From: Candidatus Syntropharchaeum butanivorans
Lineage (GTDB): Archaea > Halobacteriota > Syntropharchaeia > Syntropharchaeales > Syntropharchaeaceae
Direction: 5' to 3'
Length of the DNA stretch: 64,000 nucleotides
Assembly: GCA_001766825.1 (NCBI GenBank)
Contig: LYOR01000002.1
Location: forward strand, 129,924-193,923
Program-made: the position numbers and the translations under genes
Part shown: one piece after another, positions 9,506-18,788 of the stretch
How positions within the stretch are numbered: the stretch's first letter is position 1
Layout: each line of letters starts with the position of its first letter
Notes under the pieces: model-generated
Told to the model about the DNA's origin: nothing
Databases searched by the model: none
What the model saw: only the letters and a program-made list of their open reading frames with translations

Positions 9506-10281
9506 AGCTTAGAATAAAGGATCTCACATTCAGCTATCCAAGCCGGGCAATCCTTGATGGCATCACGATCGAGATCGAGCCTTCAGAGTTCTTCGGCGTC
9601 CTGGGCCCAAATGGGACCGGTAAGACCACACTCATCAAGTGTATCGATACGATCCTGAAGCCCTATGGAGGATGCATCATGCTTGATGGGAAGGAGGTGA
9701 GGGAGTTTGATAAAAGAGAGCTTGCAAGAAGAATCGGGTATGTTCCGCAGAGTGCACCAAAGGGATTTCCAGCCACGGTCTTTGATACGATCCTCCTTGG
9801 TAGACGCCCTTACATCGGATGGAAGGTTACAGAGAGGGATATCGATAAGGTCCTTGAGATTGTGGAGCTTCTTCGGATAGAGGAGCTATCACTTCGTCCA
9901 TTCGATGAACTCAGTGGTGGGGAGAGGCAGAAGGTGCTTATTGCAAGGGCACTTGCCCAGGATCCTGAGGTACTCCTATTGGATGAACCCACCTCAAACC
10001 TTGATATAAAGCATCAGCTCGAGGTGATGGAGGTGATAAAGAGGATCACAAAGGACCATGGGATTCTTGCGATAATGGCAATACATGACCTTAATCTCGC
10101 GTCTCGCTATGCTGACCGGGTCGCAATGATGTACAGGGGAAGGATTGAAGCGGTTGGAGCTCCTGAGGAGGTGCTTACACCAGAAAATATAAGATCGGTC
10201 TATGGTGTTGAGGTCTCTGTGATGAACAATGGGGGAAGGCCCTACGTTCTTCCCCTAAGACCGGTGGAGGTTGAGGGATGA
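9502..10281 (+). CDS. ABC transporter ATP-binding protein (FepC/BtuD type)
   Basis: Walker A GPNGTGKTT, signature LSGGERQ and Walker B LLLDEP. The start is reassigned to GTG 9502, giving a GTGA overlap with the permease stop. The track's upstream extension (9352-9501) overlaps the permease and looks non-coding. Confidence 0.85.
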   Translation: MKLRIKDLTFSYPSRAILDGITIEIEPSEFFGVLGPNGTGKTTLIKCIDTILKPYGGCIMLDGKEVREFDKRELARRIGYVPQSAPKGFPATVFDTILLGRRPYIGWKVTERDIDKVLEIVELLRIEELSLRPFDELSGGERQKVLIARALAQDPEVLLLDEPTSNLDIKHQLEVMEVIKRITKDHGILAIMAIHDLNLASRYADRVAMMYRGRIEAVGAPEEVLTPENIRSVYGVEVSVMNNGGRPYVLPLRPVEVEG

Positions 10282-13200
10282 AGATTGGGTGTGTGATGTG
10301 GAGCGGATATATTGAGAGTATGGCAGAGGCAGCCTCTCAACTTGATTTTCTTGAGATGAACCTTAAATCCCTCAGGGATCTTGAGGATGAGCAAAAGAGA
10401 GAGGAGTTTCTTGATTATCTCAAGAGGGAGGCTGATGCGATTCTTGTGCTTCACTCAGGCTTTAATGGAACGCTTGATGAGATACTATCTCAGGTGAGAG
10501 ATAAACTCATAATAAGCTTTGGCTACACAGCCCCATTTCTCTCTCCCAGGATAAGCCCTGAGCAGGCAAGTACAGTCTATCGCTATCTCCGGCTTGGTGG
10601 GGTTGAGAATCTTAAAAATGCACTTCTTTACATAGCAAGGGAGTTTTTCGGTATTGATATAGAGGTTGAGCCTCCAGCAGAGACTCCATGGGAGGGGATA
10701 TACCATCCCAATAGCCCCACACCGTTCTACTCGATTGAGGATTACATCGAGTGGTATGGAAAAGAAAGGATAGAGAAAGCTCCCACGGTTGGGATAATCT
10801 TCTACAAGACGCACCTTGTTATAGACGATCTTGAGGTTGAGGATGCACTTATTGAGGCCTTAGAGGGGCGAGGGCTTGGAGTTATCCCGGTATTCTCATG
10901 GGGTTTTCCAAACAGGGAGTTTGAGATTGAGGGAAACGATGCAGTTATAGAGAAGTTCTTTATGAGGGATGGTAAGCCCCTTATAGATCTATTAATCGAT
11001 CTTCAGTCATCTTTTCTCATACATACAGGTGATAGGAGCATTCTCAGCAGGATGGACGTTCCGATCATAAAGGGAGTGATAGCATACCACAGATCAGAGG
11101 ATGAATGGCGAGAAGATGAGCATGGGCTTGGTGGGGAGCTTGTATGGTCTGTTGTCATGCCTGAGTTTGAGGGGATAATAGAGCCACTTGTTGCAGGTGC
11201 GAGGGTCAGGGAGAGAATAGAAGGTGCTACATCTGAGCGTTTCTCTCCAATCCCTGAAAGAATCTCTCATCTTGCAGATAGAGTTCTAAAATGGGTGAAT
11301 CTCAGGAAAAAACCGAAAAATAAGCGTAAAATCGTCTTTATACTCCACAACAACCCATGTGCCGGGGTTGAGGCGAATGTTGGTGCAGGATCGAACCTTG
11401 ATACGCTTGAAAGCCTTGCAAGGGTTCTCAAGCGGATGAGAGAGGAAGGCTACTCGATAGAAGATCTACCATCTGATGGAAAAGACCTTATAGACCGGAT
11501 AATGGATAAAAAAGCGATATCTGACTTCAGATGGACATCTGTTGATGAGATTGTGAGAAAAGGCGGTGCAATTTGCCTTGTTGATGAAAAAGAGTACAGG
11601 TCATGGTTTGATGAGCTTCCAGATGATGTAAGGGAGAGAATGATAGAGAGCTGGGGAGATCCTCCCGGAGATGCGATGGTGCACCAGGGCAGGATCGTTG
11701 TGACAGGGATCGATCTGGGGAATGTGATTGTATCTGTCCAGCCAAAGCGAGGGTGCGCTGGGGCAAGGTGTGATGGATCGGTCTGTAAGATCCTCCATGA
11801 TCCAGATATACCCCCAACGCATCAGTATATCGCATCATACAGGTTTTTTGAGAGAATATGGAAGGCAGATGCGATTGTGCATGTGGGAACCCATGGAAAC
11901 CTTGAGTTTCTGCCAGGAAAGTCTGTTGGGTTGTCTGAAGCTTGCTATCCAGATATAGCACTTGGAACCCTACCGAATCTCTACATCTACTCAGTTGACA
12001 ACCCATCTGAAGGTATCGTTGCAAAGAGAAGGTCGTATGCAGCTCTTGTGGATCACATGTTACCTGTAATGACTGCAAGCGGTACCTATGGAAGGCTAAA
12101 CGAGCTTGAACGACTTCTTGGAGAGTATGATCTTGCAAAGGTAGCAGATCACGCAAGAGCACATGCACTGGAGCATCTTATTCTCGAGGCGATCGATGAG
12201 GCGAATCTTGGGAAAGACATTGGACTCACAGAAGATATGACGTTTGACGAGGTTGTGAAGAGGGTGCATGACGTGATCTCGAGGATGAAGGGGTCTCTTA
12301 TAAATAAAGGGCTTCATATACTCGGAGAGGTCCCTGAAGGAGATAAAAGGGTTGAGCTCATAACCTCGATGATACGCTTCGATGAGGATGTAAAGAGGGC
12401 TTTTTCTGGAGACTGGGATCGCCTCAAGGCTTATGTTAGAGACGTTCTCGAGGGCAGGTGTGAAAATGATGAGATCACTCTCAAGGTTAAGGATCTCTCA
12501 GAAAGGATAGATCTCTGCAAGAATGAAATTGAGAGCCTTCTTCATGGATTTGATGGTGGATACATCGAGCCAGGTCCATCCGGGCTTCCAACCCGGGGTC
12601 GATGGGATGTGCTTCCCACAGGTAGAAACTTCTATACACTTGATCCAACAAGAATCCCGACCCGTGCTGCATGGAGAGTTGGCAGAAAGCTTGCAACAGA
12701 TCTTATAGAAAAATACGAACGTGAAACTGGTAGAATTCCTGAAAACTGCGGGATGATACTCTTCTCAACCGATATAACATGGGCAGATGGAGAAGAGCTT
12801 TCACAGATGCTTTACCTGATAGGGGTTGAACCTCGCTGGGATGAGGCCGGAAGGGTTAATGGATTCAGGATAATACCGCTTCATGAGCTTAAAAGACCAA
12901 GAATTGACATTACAGTGCGAATTAGTGGAATAATGAGAGATTCATTTATGGAGATAATCGAGCTTCTGGATGATGCGATAAGGGCAGTAGCTCAGCTTGA
13001 TGAACCACCTGAGATGAACTTCATAAGAAAGCATGCCTTGGAGCAGGTCAGTGAGGGATCGGACTGGGCAAGTGCTGCAACCCGGATATTTGGGTCAAAG
13101 CCTGGGACATACGGTGCCGGGGTTAACCTTGCAGTCTATGCATCGGCGTGGAAGGATGAGCACGATCTCTCAGATGTATTCGTTTATTGGAGCGGTTATG

Positions 13201-13907
13201 CATATGGAAAAGGGATTAAAGGAAAGGAATCACATGAAGAACTTCTGAATCAACTTAAGACTCTTGATCTATCCTTCAGATCCAATCCAACGGATGAGCA
13301 CGATCTCTTTGGATGCTGTTGCTACTTTGCATACCATGGCGGGATGACCGCTGCTGCACGCGCGCTTTCAGGAAGAGATGTCAGGGCTTACCACGGGGAT
13401 ACGAGAGATCCGGAGGATGTGCGAGTTACGGATCTTAAAGATGAGATAAGAAGGGTCGTGAGGACCAAGCTATTGAATCCAAAGTGGATCGAGGGGATGA
13501 AGGAACATGGATACAGAGGGGCATCTGAGATCTCAAAGCGAGTTACGAGGGTGTACGGTTGGCAGGCAACAACCCGGGAGGTTGATGACTGGATATTCGA
13601 TGATATAGCCAAGACATATATCCTTGATGATGATATGAGGGAGTTCTTTGAGGATAACAACCCATGGGCACTTGAGGAGATGGGAAGAAGGTTGCTTGAA
13701 GCCTGTGAGAGAGGATTGTGGGATCCTGATCCTGAGGTCCTTGATGAACTCAAGAAGCACTATCTTGAGATTGAGGGATGGATGGAGGAACGGATGGAGG
13801 GAATTGAGGGGGTTCAGGGTGGATCGATCGATATCTTTACGATGGAGGATGTTAAGGAGTGGAGGGAGAGGATGGAGAAGGTCAGGGGTAAGAGAAAAGA
13901 TTCATAA
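10278..13907 (+). CDS. cobN: CobN/ChlH-family chelatase large subunit
   Basis: 1209 aa. It contains VHVGTHGNLEFLPGK and overall CobN-like length and architecture. ATGA overlap with the ABC ATPase stop. Confidence 0.85.
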   Translation: MKIGCVMWSGYIESMAEAASQLDFLEMNLKSLRDLEDEQKREEFLDYLKREADAILVLHSGFNGTLDEILSQVRDKLIISFGYTAPFLSPRISPEQASTVYRYLRLGGVENLKNALLYIAREFFGIDIEVEPPAETPWEGIYHPNSPTPFYSIEDYIEWYGKERIEKAPTVGIIFYKTHLVIDDLEVEDALIEALEGRGLGVIPVFSWGFPNREFEIEGNDAVIEKFFMRDGKPLIDLLIDLQSSFLIHTGDRSILSRMDVPIIKGVIAYHRSEDEWREDEHGLGGELVWSVVMPEFEGIIEPLVAGARVRERIEGATSERFSPIPERISHLADRVLKWVNLRKKPKNKRKIVFILHNNPCAGVEANVGAGSNLDTLESLARVLKRMREEGYSIEDLPSDGKDLIDRIMDKKAISDFRWTSVDEIVRKGGAICLVDEKEYRSWFDELPDDVRERMIESWGDPPGDAMVHQGRIVVTGIDLGNVIVSVQPKRGCAGARCDGSVCKILHDPDIPPTHQYIASYRFFERIWKADAIVHVGTHGNLEFLPGKSVGLSEACYPDIALGTLPNLYIYSVDNPSEGIVAKRRSYAALVDHMLPVMTASGTYGRLNELERLLGEYDLAKVADHARAHALEHLILEAIDEANLGKDIGLTEDMTFDEVVKRVHDVISRMKGSLINKGLHILGEVPEGDKRVELITSMIRFDEDVKRAFSGDWDRLKAYVRDVLEGRCENDEITLKVKDLSERIDLCKNEIESLLHGFDGGYIEPGPSGLPTRGRWDVLPTGRNFYTLDPTRIPTRAAWRVGRKLATDLIEKYERETGRIPENCGMILFSTDITWADGEELSQMLYLIGVEPRWDEAGRVNGFRIIPLHELKRPRIDITVRISGIMRDSFMEIIELLDDAIRAVAQLDEPPEMNFIRKHALEQVSEGSDWASAATRIFGSKPGTYGAGVNLAVYASAWKDEHDLSDVFVYWSGYAYGKGIKGKESHEELLNQLKTLDLSFRSNPTDEHDLFGCCCYFAYHGGMTAAARALSGRDVRAYHGDTRDPEDVRVTDLKDEIRRVVRTKLLNPKWIEGMKEHGYRGASEISKRVTRVYGWQATTREVDDWIFDDIAKTYILDDDMREFFEDNNPWALEEMGRRLLEACERGLWDPDPEVLDELKKHYLEIEGWMEERMEGIEGVQGGSIDIFTMEDVKEWRERMEKVRGKRKDS

Positions 13908-14214
13908 TCTGGTTGGGGTTAACACAGGAGATTACTGGGATAAAACAGCCAGATATTACGGAGAAAAGCTCAGACAAGACAAAAAGATGGTTTTACTGCT
14001 CCTGTATCATGGTCTTGATCCACAATTGCTGTATAGAGCATATCACACTTTCTTCAAGGATGAAAAAGATACATGGGACTGCTGGCGTGCCATTGAGGTG
14101 TACTGGAATGCTGGAGGTTGCCTGGGTTATAACGAGGATCCAGATTATATCGTAACGAGTTGCAACCTGTGTATAGTCCCAAAAAATTTGACCTTAAATA
14201 CCCTCAACCAACTG

Positions 14215-14886
14215 ATGGGTTACGGCAGACTGACAGAGAAGAAGATAAGGTACATCGTGAGGCACAAGCAGAAGGGAAAGAGCTAAGCGAAAAGGAGAAG
14301 GAAATAATCAGGGAGGCCAAAGCCAGGTACAGGCTGGGAGCGAGAAGGCTTGAAAAGGTGATAGAACAGGTTTACGGCATCCACATCCCTCACAATCGCA
14401 TTCACAAATACTTGCTTGAAGAAGGATTGGCAAAGGAAGAACCAAGGAAGAAGAGAAGAAGGAAGCCATACATAAGGTATGAAAGGGAGTGTTCGATCTC
14501 AGCAGGGCATATTGACTGGTTCGATAAGGATGGGATAAAGTTCTGTGCCATTCTGGATGATGCTTCAAGGAAGATCCTTGCAGCAGGAGAATTCAAGAAT
14601 GCCAACACTGAAAACAGCATAGCTTTGGTAGATAAGCTTGTTGAGGATTACTGGGGCATCATGCCTTTAGAAGAGCTGATCTCAGACAACGGAAGTGAGT
14701 TCGGAGCTCACAGAAAGAATGGTAAAAAGGAATGGGACAGCAGATTCAAGCGTCACATTGGATCCCTGGGTATAAAGCTGATAACATCCAGGATAAAGCA
14801 TCCCCTAGACGAATGGTAAGATAGAGAAGCTCTTTGACTGCTACAACAGGTATAGAGATGATTTTGAGAGCTTACGCCTTTTATAA
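14215..14886 (+). mobile_element. Degraded IS transposase (rve/DDE integrase-core type) with at least two frameshifts
   Basis: Three frame pieces join. Piece 1 is MGYGRLTEKKIRYIVRHKQKGK (14215-14286). Piece 2 is ELSEKEKEIIREAK...SDNGSEF...IKHP (to 14819). Piece 3 is (Q)TNGKIEKLFDCYNRYRDDFESLRLL (14806-14886). The canonical HPQTNGK motif is broken by a 1-nt insertion (catcccc[t]agacgaatggtaag). Confidence 0.6.
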
Positions 14887-15040
14887 AAGGCGTTGCCAAA
14901 ATGTCCTGCCAAAGCTGGAAGACTCGCTCGAAAAGTGTAGTCCTACTGCAGGTAGGACGCAGGGGTAGAGGGGATGCAATCCCCCTTATGAGGCGGATGC
15001 GCCTCATTCTGGAGCAGGTTGCCTGTAGAAGCAAGGTTAG

Positions 15041-16392
15041 GTGTTGCATTCAAGCTTTTTGATGAGGTGGTTGGGAATGAGAGGTAGGGTTTATAAGGTC
15101 AAAAATTTCAGGACTATACACCATGATATCGAGGATGAAACGAATGATAGCGAGATAGTTCTTCATCTCATAGAGGAGTTGCATGAGGGATATGAAGGAG
15201 ATCTTCTCAAGGCCGTGCAATCAGCTCTAAATGTGATAAATGGGATGTACGTCTTTGCGGTCACCGATGGCAAAGAGATCTTTATCGCAAGGGATCCATT
15301 TGGCATAAAGCCGGTCTACTATGTAAGTGATGGTGAAACAAATTATTTTTCATCGGAGAAAAGAGCCATATCTCATATAGGAGAGGTAGAACGCTGCTGC
15401 CGGGCAGAATTCTGAAGATTGCTCGTGATGAATTCAAGATCTATACTGGTATTAGCATAGAGCGGCCCCCGATCGATGTTATGAGCTTTGATGAGGCTGT
15501 AAATCTTTACAAGGATGCTTTGATAAAGTCTGTTAAAAGGAGAGTCAGGGGTTTGAGAGAGAGTCAGGTAGGTGTGATATTTTCCGGTGGGGTTGATTCT
15601 GTTTTAATTGCAAAGATACTACAGGACATCGGCTTTGATCCTTTATGTTACTGCGTTGGGCACAAGGACTCGAAAGATGTCGAGAGTGCTTTAAGAGTGG
15701 CTCGTGATCTGAATCTCAAATTGAAGGTCACGGAAATCGATAAGAAAACCGTAAGAGATCTCTTACCTGAGATTATAGATACGATCGAGATGGAAGGACT
15801 CCTTCAGATAGAAGTAGCCGTTCCAATGTATCTTGCTGCCAGGAGTGCAAAAGAAGACGGGGTCAGAGTAATCTTCACAGGTCAGGGTGCAGATGAGCTT
15901 TTTGGAGGTTACTGGTGGTACAATGATGTGGTCGGTAAAGAAGGCTATCTAAAGCTTTATGATAAGTTATGGGAGGATCTCAACCTTTTGTATGATGATA
16001 CGCTTGAGAGAGAAGATAAGGTTACGATGACACATTCTGTTGAGATGAGGGTTCCATATCTTGATAGGGATGTAGTAAGAGTAGCAATGAGGATCTCCCC
16101 ACACTTGAAGATCAAAAATAAGAATGATTCGATGAGAAAGTGGGTTCATAGACGGGTTGCCAGTATCATTGGACTACCTGATTACATCGCCTATCGTGAT
16201 AAGGATCCGGCACAGTCTGGATGTGGCATCCATGAGATGATAGAGGAGATAGCAGAGGATTACTTTGAAGGAAAAAAGGTTGAAGAGGTTGAACTGGATG
16301 ACAAAGGCTCATTGTATCGTTATCTGGATGAAGATTATGGAACACCAGCCGCGTTGGCATATATCGAAGAGGTTGCCAAGAGCCTTGATTAA
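15041..16392 (+). pseudogene. Asparagine synthase (glutamine-hydrolysing)-like gene, 5'-truncated and frameshifted
   Basis: The 15041-15415 piece carries the end of a class-II glutamine amidotransferase domain (SEIVLHL, ARDPFGIKPVYY, FSSEKRAI) but lacks the N-terminal Cys region. The reading frame switches around 15385-15395 (...GEVE | LLPGRILKIARDEF...). The 15481-16392 piece has the PP-loop SGGVDS and an asparagine synthase C-domain. Confidence 0.6.
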
Positions 16393-16536
16393 GTAAAGTG
16401 ATAGAGTTGATACAAATAGAGGAATTTAAGTGGCTATCCACCACTGAAACAGAGGATATGAGATTCTCAGAGGTCTGATGAGGAAGAGATGATACCGAGT
16501 CTTTCAGACGATATAGAAGAATCTGGAGGATGATAG

Positions 16537-17337
16537 ATGAAGATAAATATTGCACAGATTGAGTATGATCCGATAGATATCGAGAAGCTCAAAGGTGTAT
16601 TGAGCGGATTGGATGGCATAACCTGTTTTCCGGAGTGTTTTGCACTCGGTAGGAGCGGCATTGAAACACTCCAGTATCTAAATAAGATCAGTCATGAATC
16701 TAAAACTATTATAGAAGAGATCAAAAAGACAGGGAAAACAGTTATACTCCCATTGATTGAGAGGCATCCTGTGATGCGAAACAGGTTTTATAACACCACT
16801 TATATAATCCATGACAAGGACCTGATAGGTTCATACCGAAGAGTGGTTGTGCACCCCATGGAAAGGGCATTCATCCAATCTGGAAAGGATTTTCCAGTAT
16901 TTGAGATCGACGATGTCACGTTTGGTCTACTTATATGTTTTGAGATTGCCTTTCCAGAACTTACACGGATCATTGCACTTAAAGGTGCCTCAATCATATT
17001 TGTACCAGCAAGCACACCAGAAGAGGCGGATTATTTATGGGAGGTGAGACTGAAAGCAAGAGCGATAGATAACCAGCTTTTTGTGGTGGGTGTAAATCGA
17101 TGTGGAAAGGTTGGGAATGAGACATATATTGGAAGGAGCATGGTTGTGTCGCCTTCAGGAGATATCATATATGAATGTAACGATAACGAAGAGATTAAGA
17201 CTATCGAGATAGATCTTGCTGAAATTATGAAAGAAAGGAGCAGAGAACCCACGTTCAGTGAGTTTGAAATTGAGGTTTATGATAAATTTTTAGAGCGTTT
17301 TGGAGATAGTAGTATCCAAAATATCAACAGATCATAA
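16537..17337 (+). CDS. Carbon-nitrogen hydrolase (nitrilase superfamily) protein
   Basis: It has the Glu motif (FPECFALG) and the Cys motif (LLICFEIAFPE). Arg sits where the catalytic Lys is expected (SYRRVVVH versus YRKIHLF). Confidence 0.75.
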   Translation: MKINIAQIEYDPIDIEKLKGVLSGLDGITCFPECFALGRSGIETLQYLNKISHESKTIIEEIKKTGKTVILPLIERHPVMRNRFYNTTYIIHDKDLIGSYRRVVVHPMERAFIQSGKDFPVFEIDDVTFGLLICFEIAFPELTRIIALKGASIIFVPASTPEEADYLWEVRLKARAIDNQLFVVGVNRCGKVGNETYIGRSMVVSPSGDIIYECNDNEEIKTIEIDLAEIMKERSREPTFSEFEIEVYDKFLERFGDSSIQNINRS

Positions 17338-17411
17338 GAAAGATAAGGCACAATAATATGAAACAAAAGCCGGGATTCGTATGGTTAAAAGCCTTATGTT
17401 TCCGGAGAAGT

Positions 17412-18239
17412 ATGAAGAAGATTTTGATTGCAGGCACACGGGAGAAAGATGCCGGTAAGACAACAATTGCATGTGGGTTGCTATCGTATCTCAAAGAGAT
17501 AGGGATTGGAGCATGTGGATTTAAACCAAGGGCTGGAAACAGTATCTGGTATGATTTTGAGATTATTTATGAGGCTTTCAGTGAGAGGCGGTGCTACGGG
17601 AAGGATGCCCGGTTGTTAAGGTTGCACTCCGGAGTTGATTTACAGGAGGAGATAATAAACCCGGTACATCGACTCTGGGCAGAGCCACCATCTTTCATTG
17701 ATCATTTACAGCTTCCCCCGTTCATCTGTGATAGAGTGCGAACACCAGAGGGGGAGGATGTTTTCATAGTGAACGCGACACTACCATTTGCCCATGGAGC
17801 TGAAGACCTGCTAAGAAGGGTGGATAAGAAAATATACGTCTCACAGATGGGCGAGTTTAATCAGATAATATCACAGCTTTATGACCGTGCAACACATGCA
17901 GCGCACGAGACTATCTCAAATGTATCGGATGTGATCGTATATGAGAGCTATAGCGATATTGCACTGCCGTGGAAGGGTATCAAGGATCTCGATTTAGTTC
18001 TTGTGGTTGAACCCGGCCACATCTCGACATACGATCCGGAGCGATATCTTACTGCAGTACGTCTTGTAAATCGGAGAGAAATATCCACAAGAAGTGTTGT
18101 TGAGCTTTTAAAGCCGATTGAGACGGTGAGGATCCCACCATCCAGATCCAGGGAGATGATAAAGGTTGTCCAGGATAGGATCGATCTCTTACTGAAGAAG
18201 ACAGAGAGAAAATTGGATGATTGTGTAACTTTAACTTGA
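17412..18239 (+). CDS. P-loop NTPase, dethiobiotin-synthetase/CobQ-N-like (uncharacterised)
   Basis: MKKILIAGTREKDAGKTTIACGLL has a DTBS-like P-loop. The start is moved to the ATG at 17412. Confidence 0.45.
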   Translation: MKKILIAGTREKDAGKTTIACGLLSYLKEIGIGACGFKPRAGNSIWYDFEIIYEAFSERRCYGKDARLLRLHSGVDLQEEIINPVHRLWAEPPSFIDHLQLPPFICDRVRTPEGEDVFIVNATLPFAHGAEDLLRRVDKKIYVSQMGEFNQIISQLYDRATHAAHETISNVSDVIVYESYSDIALPWKGIKDLDLVLVVEPGHISTYDPERYLTAVRLVNRREISTRSVVELLKPIETVRIPPSRSREMIKVVQDRIDLLLKKTERKLDDCVTLT

Positions 18240-18370
18240 CTGATGGAATCAAATGAAGAATGCAAATCTTTCAAGGGCTTTGAGATAAAGGCCACAATCA
18301 TATTGATAAACCTGATTCATCCTTTATAACCCCCCTCACTTACCATTCACCAATCCTCTGTAGCCCCTCC

Positions 18371-18779
18371 TTTGAGTTAACCCGGCGAAACAACCATCCC
18401 TGCCAGAAGTAAATGCAGACAGACGAATTTTTTGACTGAATCCACGATTATGCTCAAGAATCGGTAGATATCCTTCGCTTCTGGAATTTCTACCAGTTTT
18501 GCAGACCTCTTCAGTTCTTCTCTCTTTTGCAATTCGCTCACCTCCCTGAGTGATATACGCTGCTCTGACATTTCCTGCTTGACTCTCCGTGAACTGACAA
18601 TACTGAGTATTTTTCCCTAACAGCACCCATTTTGGGTCTTTCTCATTTCGGCTGGAATTGAATTTTATAGATTTTTTATGGTGTACTTTTAAAATTTGAG
18701 AGAAGAATGAGCGAAATACGCAAAATGCCAGTTCAGGTTTGTATAGTATAAGTCTGGTTAAGGAGGGGGTTAACTCAAA
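18371..18779. mobile_element. MITE-like / IS remnant bounded by 13-bp perfect inverted repeats
   Basis: TTTGAGTTAACCC at 18371-18383 is the exact reverse complement of GGGTTAACTCAAA at 18767-18779. The element lies in a 550-bp gap between convergent genes. The interior holds only short overlapping ORFs (64 and 96 aa). Confidence 0.45.
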
Positions 18780-18788
18780 ATACCCCCA

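Noticed and set aside
10485-12317. Minus-strand ORFs inside cobN (10485-10814, 11527-12168, 11601-11822, 12096-12317).
   Set aside because: They are antisense to a well-supported 1209-aa CobN frame and have no recognisable motifs.
14940-15007. Three consecutive hairpins, considered as a tRNA or tRNA-like fragment.
   Set aside because: There is no acceptor stem pairing, no T-loop (GTTCRAAT) and no 7-nt anticodon loop geometry. They are more likely IS-end or terminator structures.
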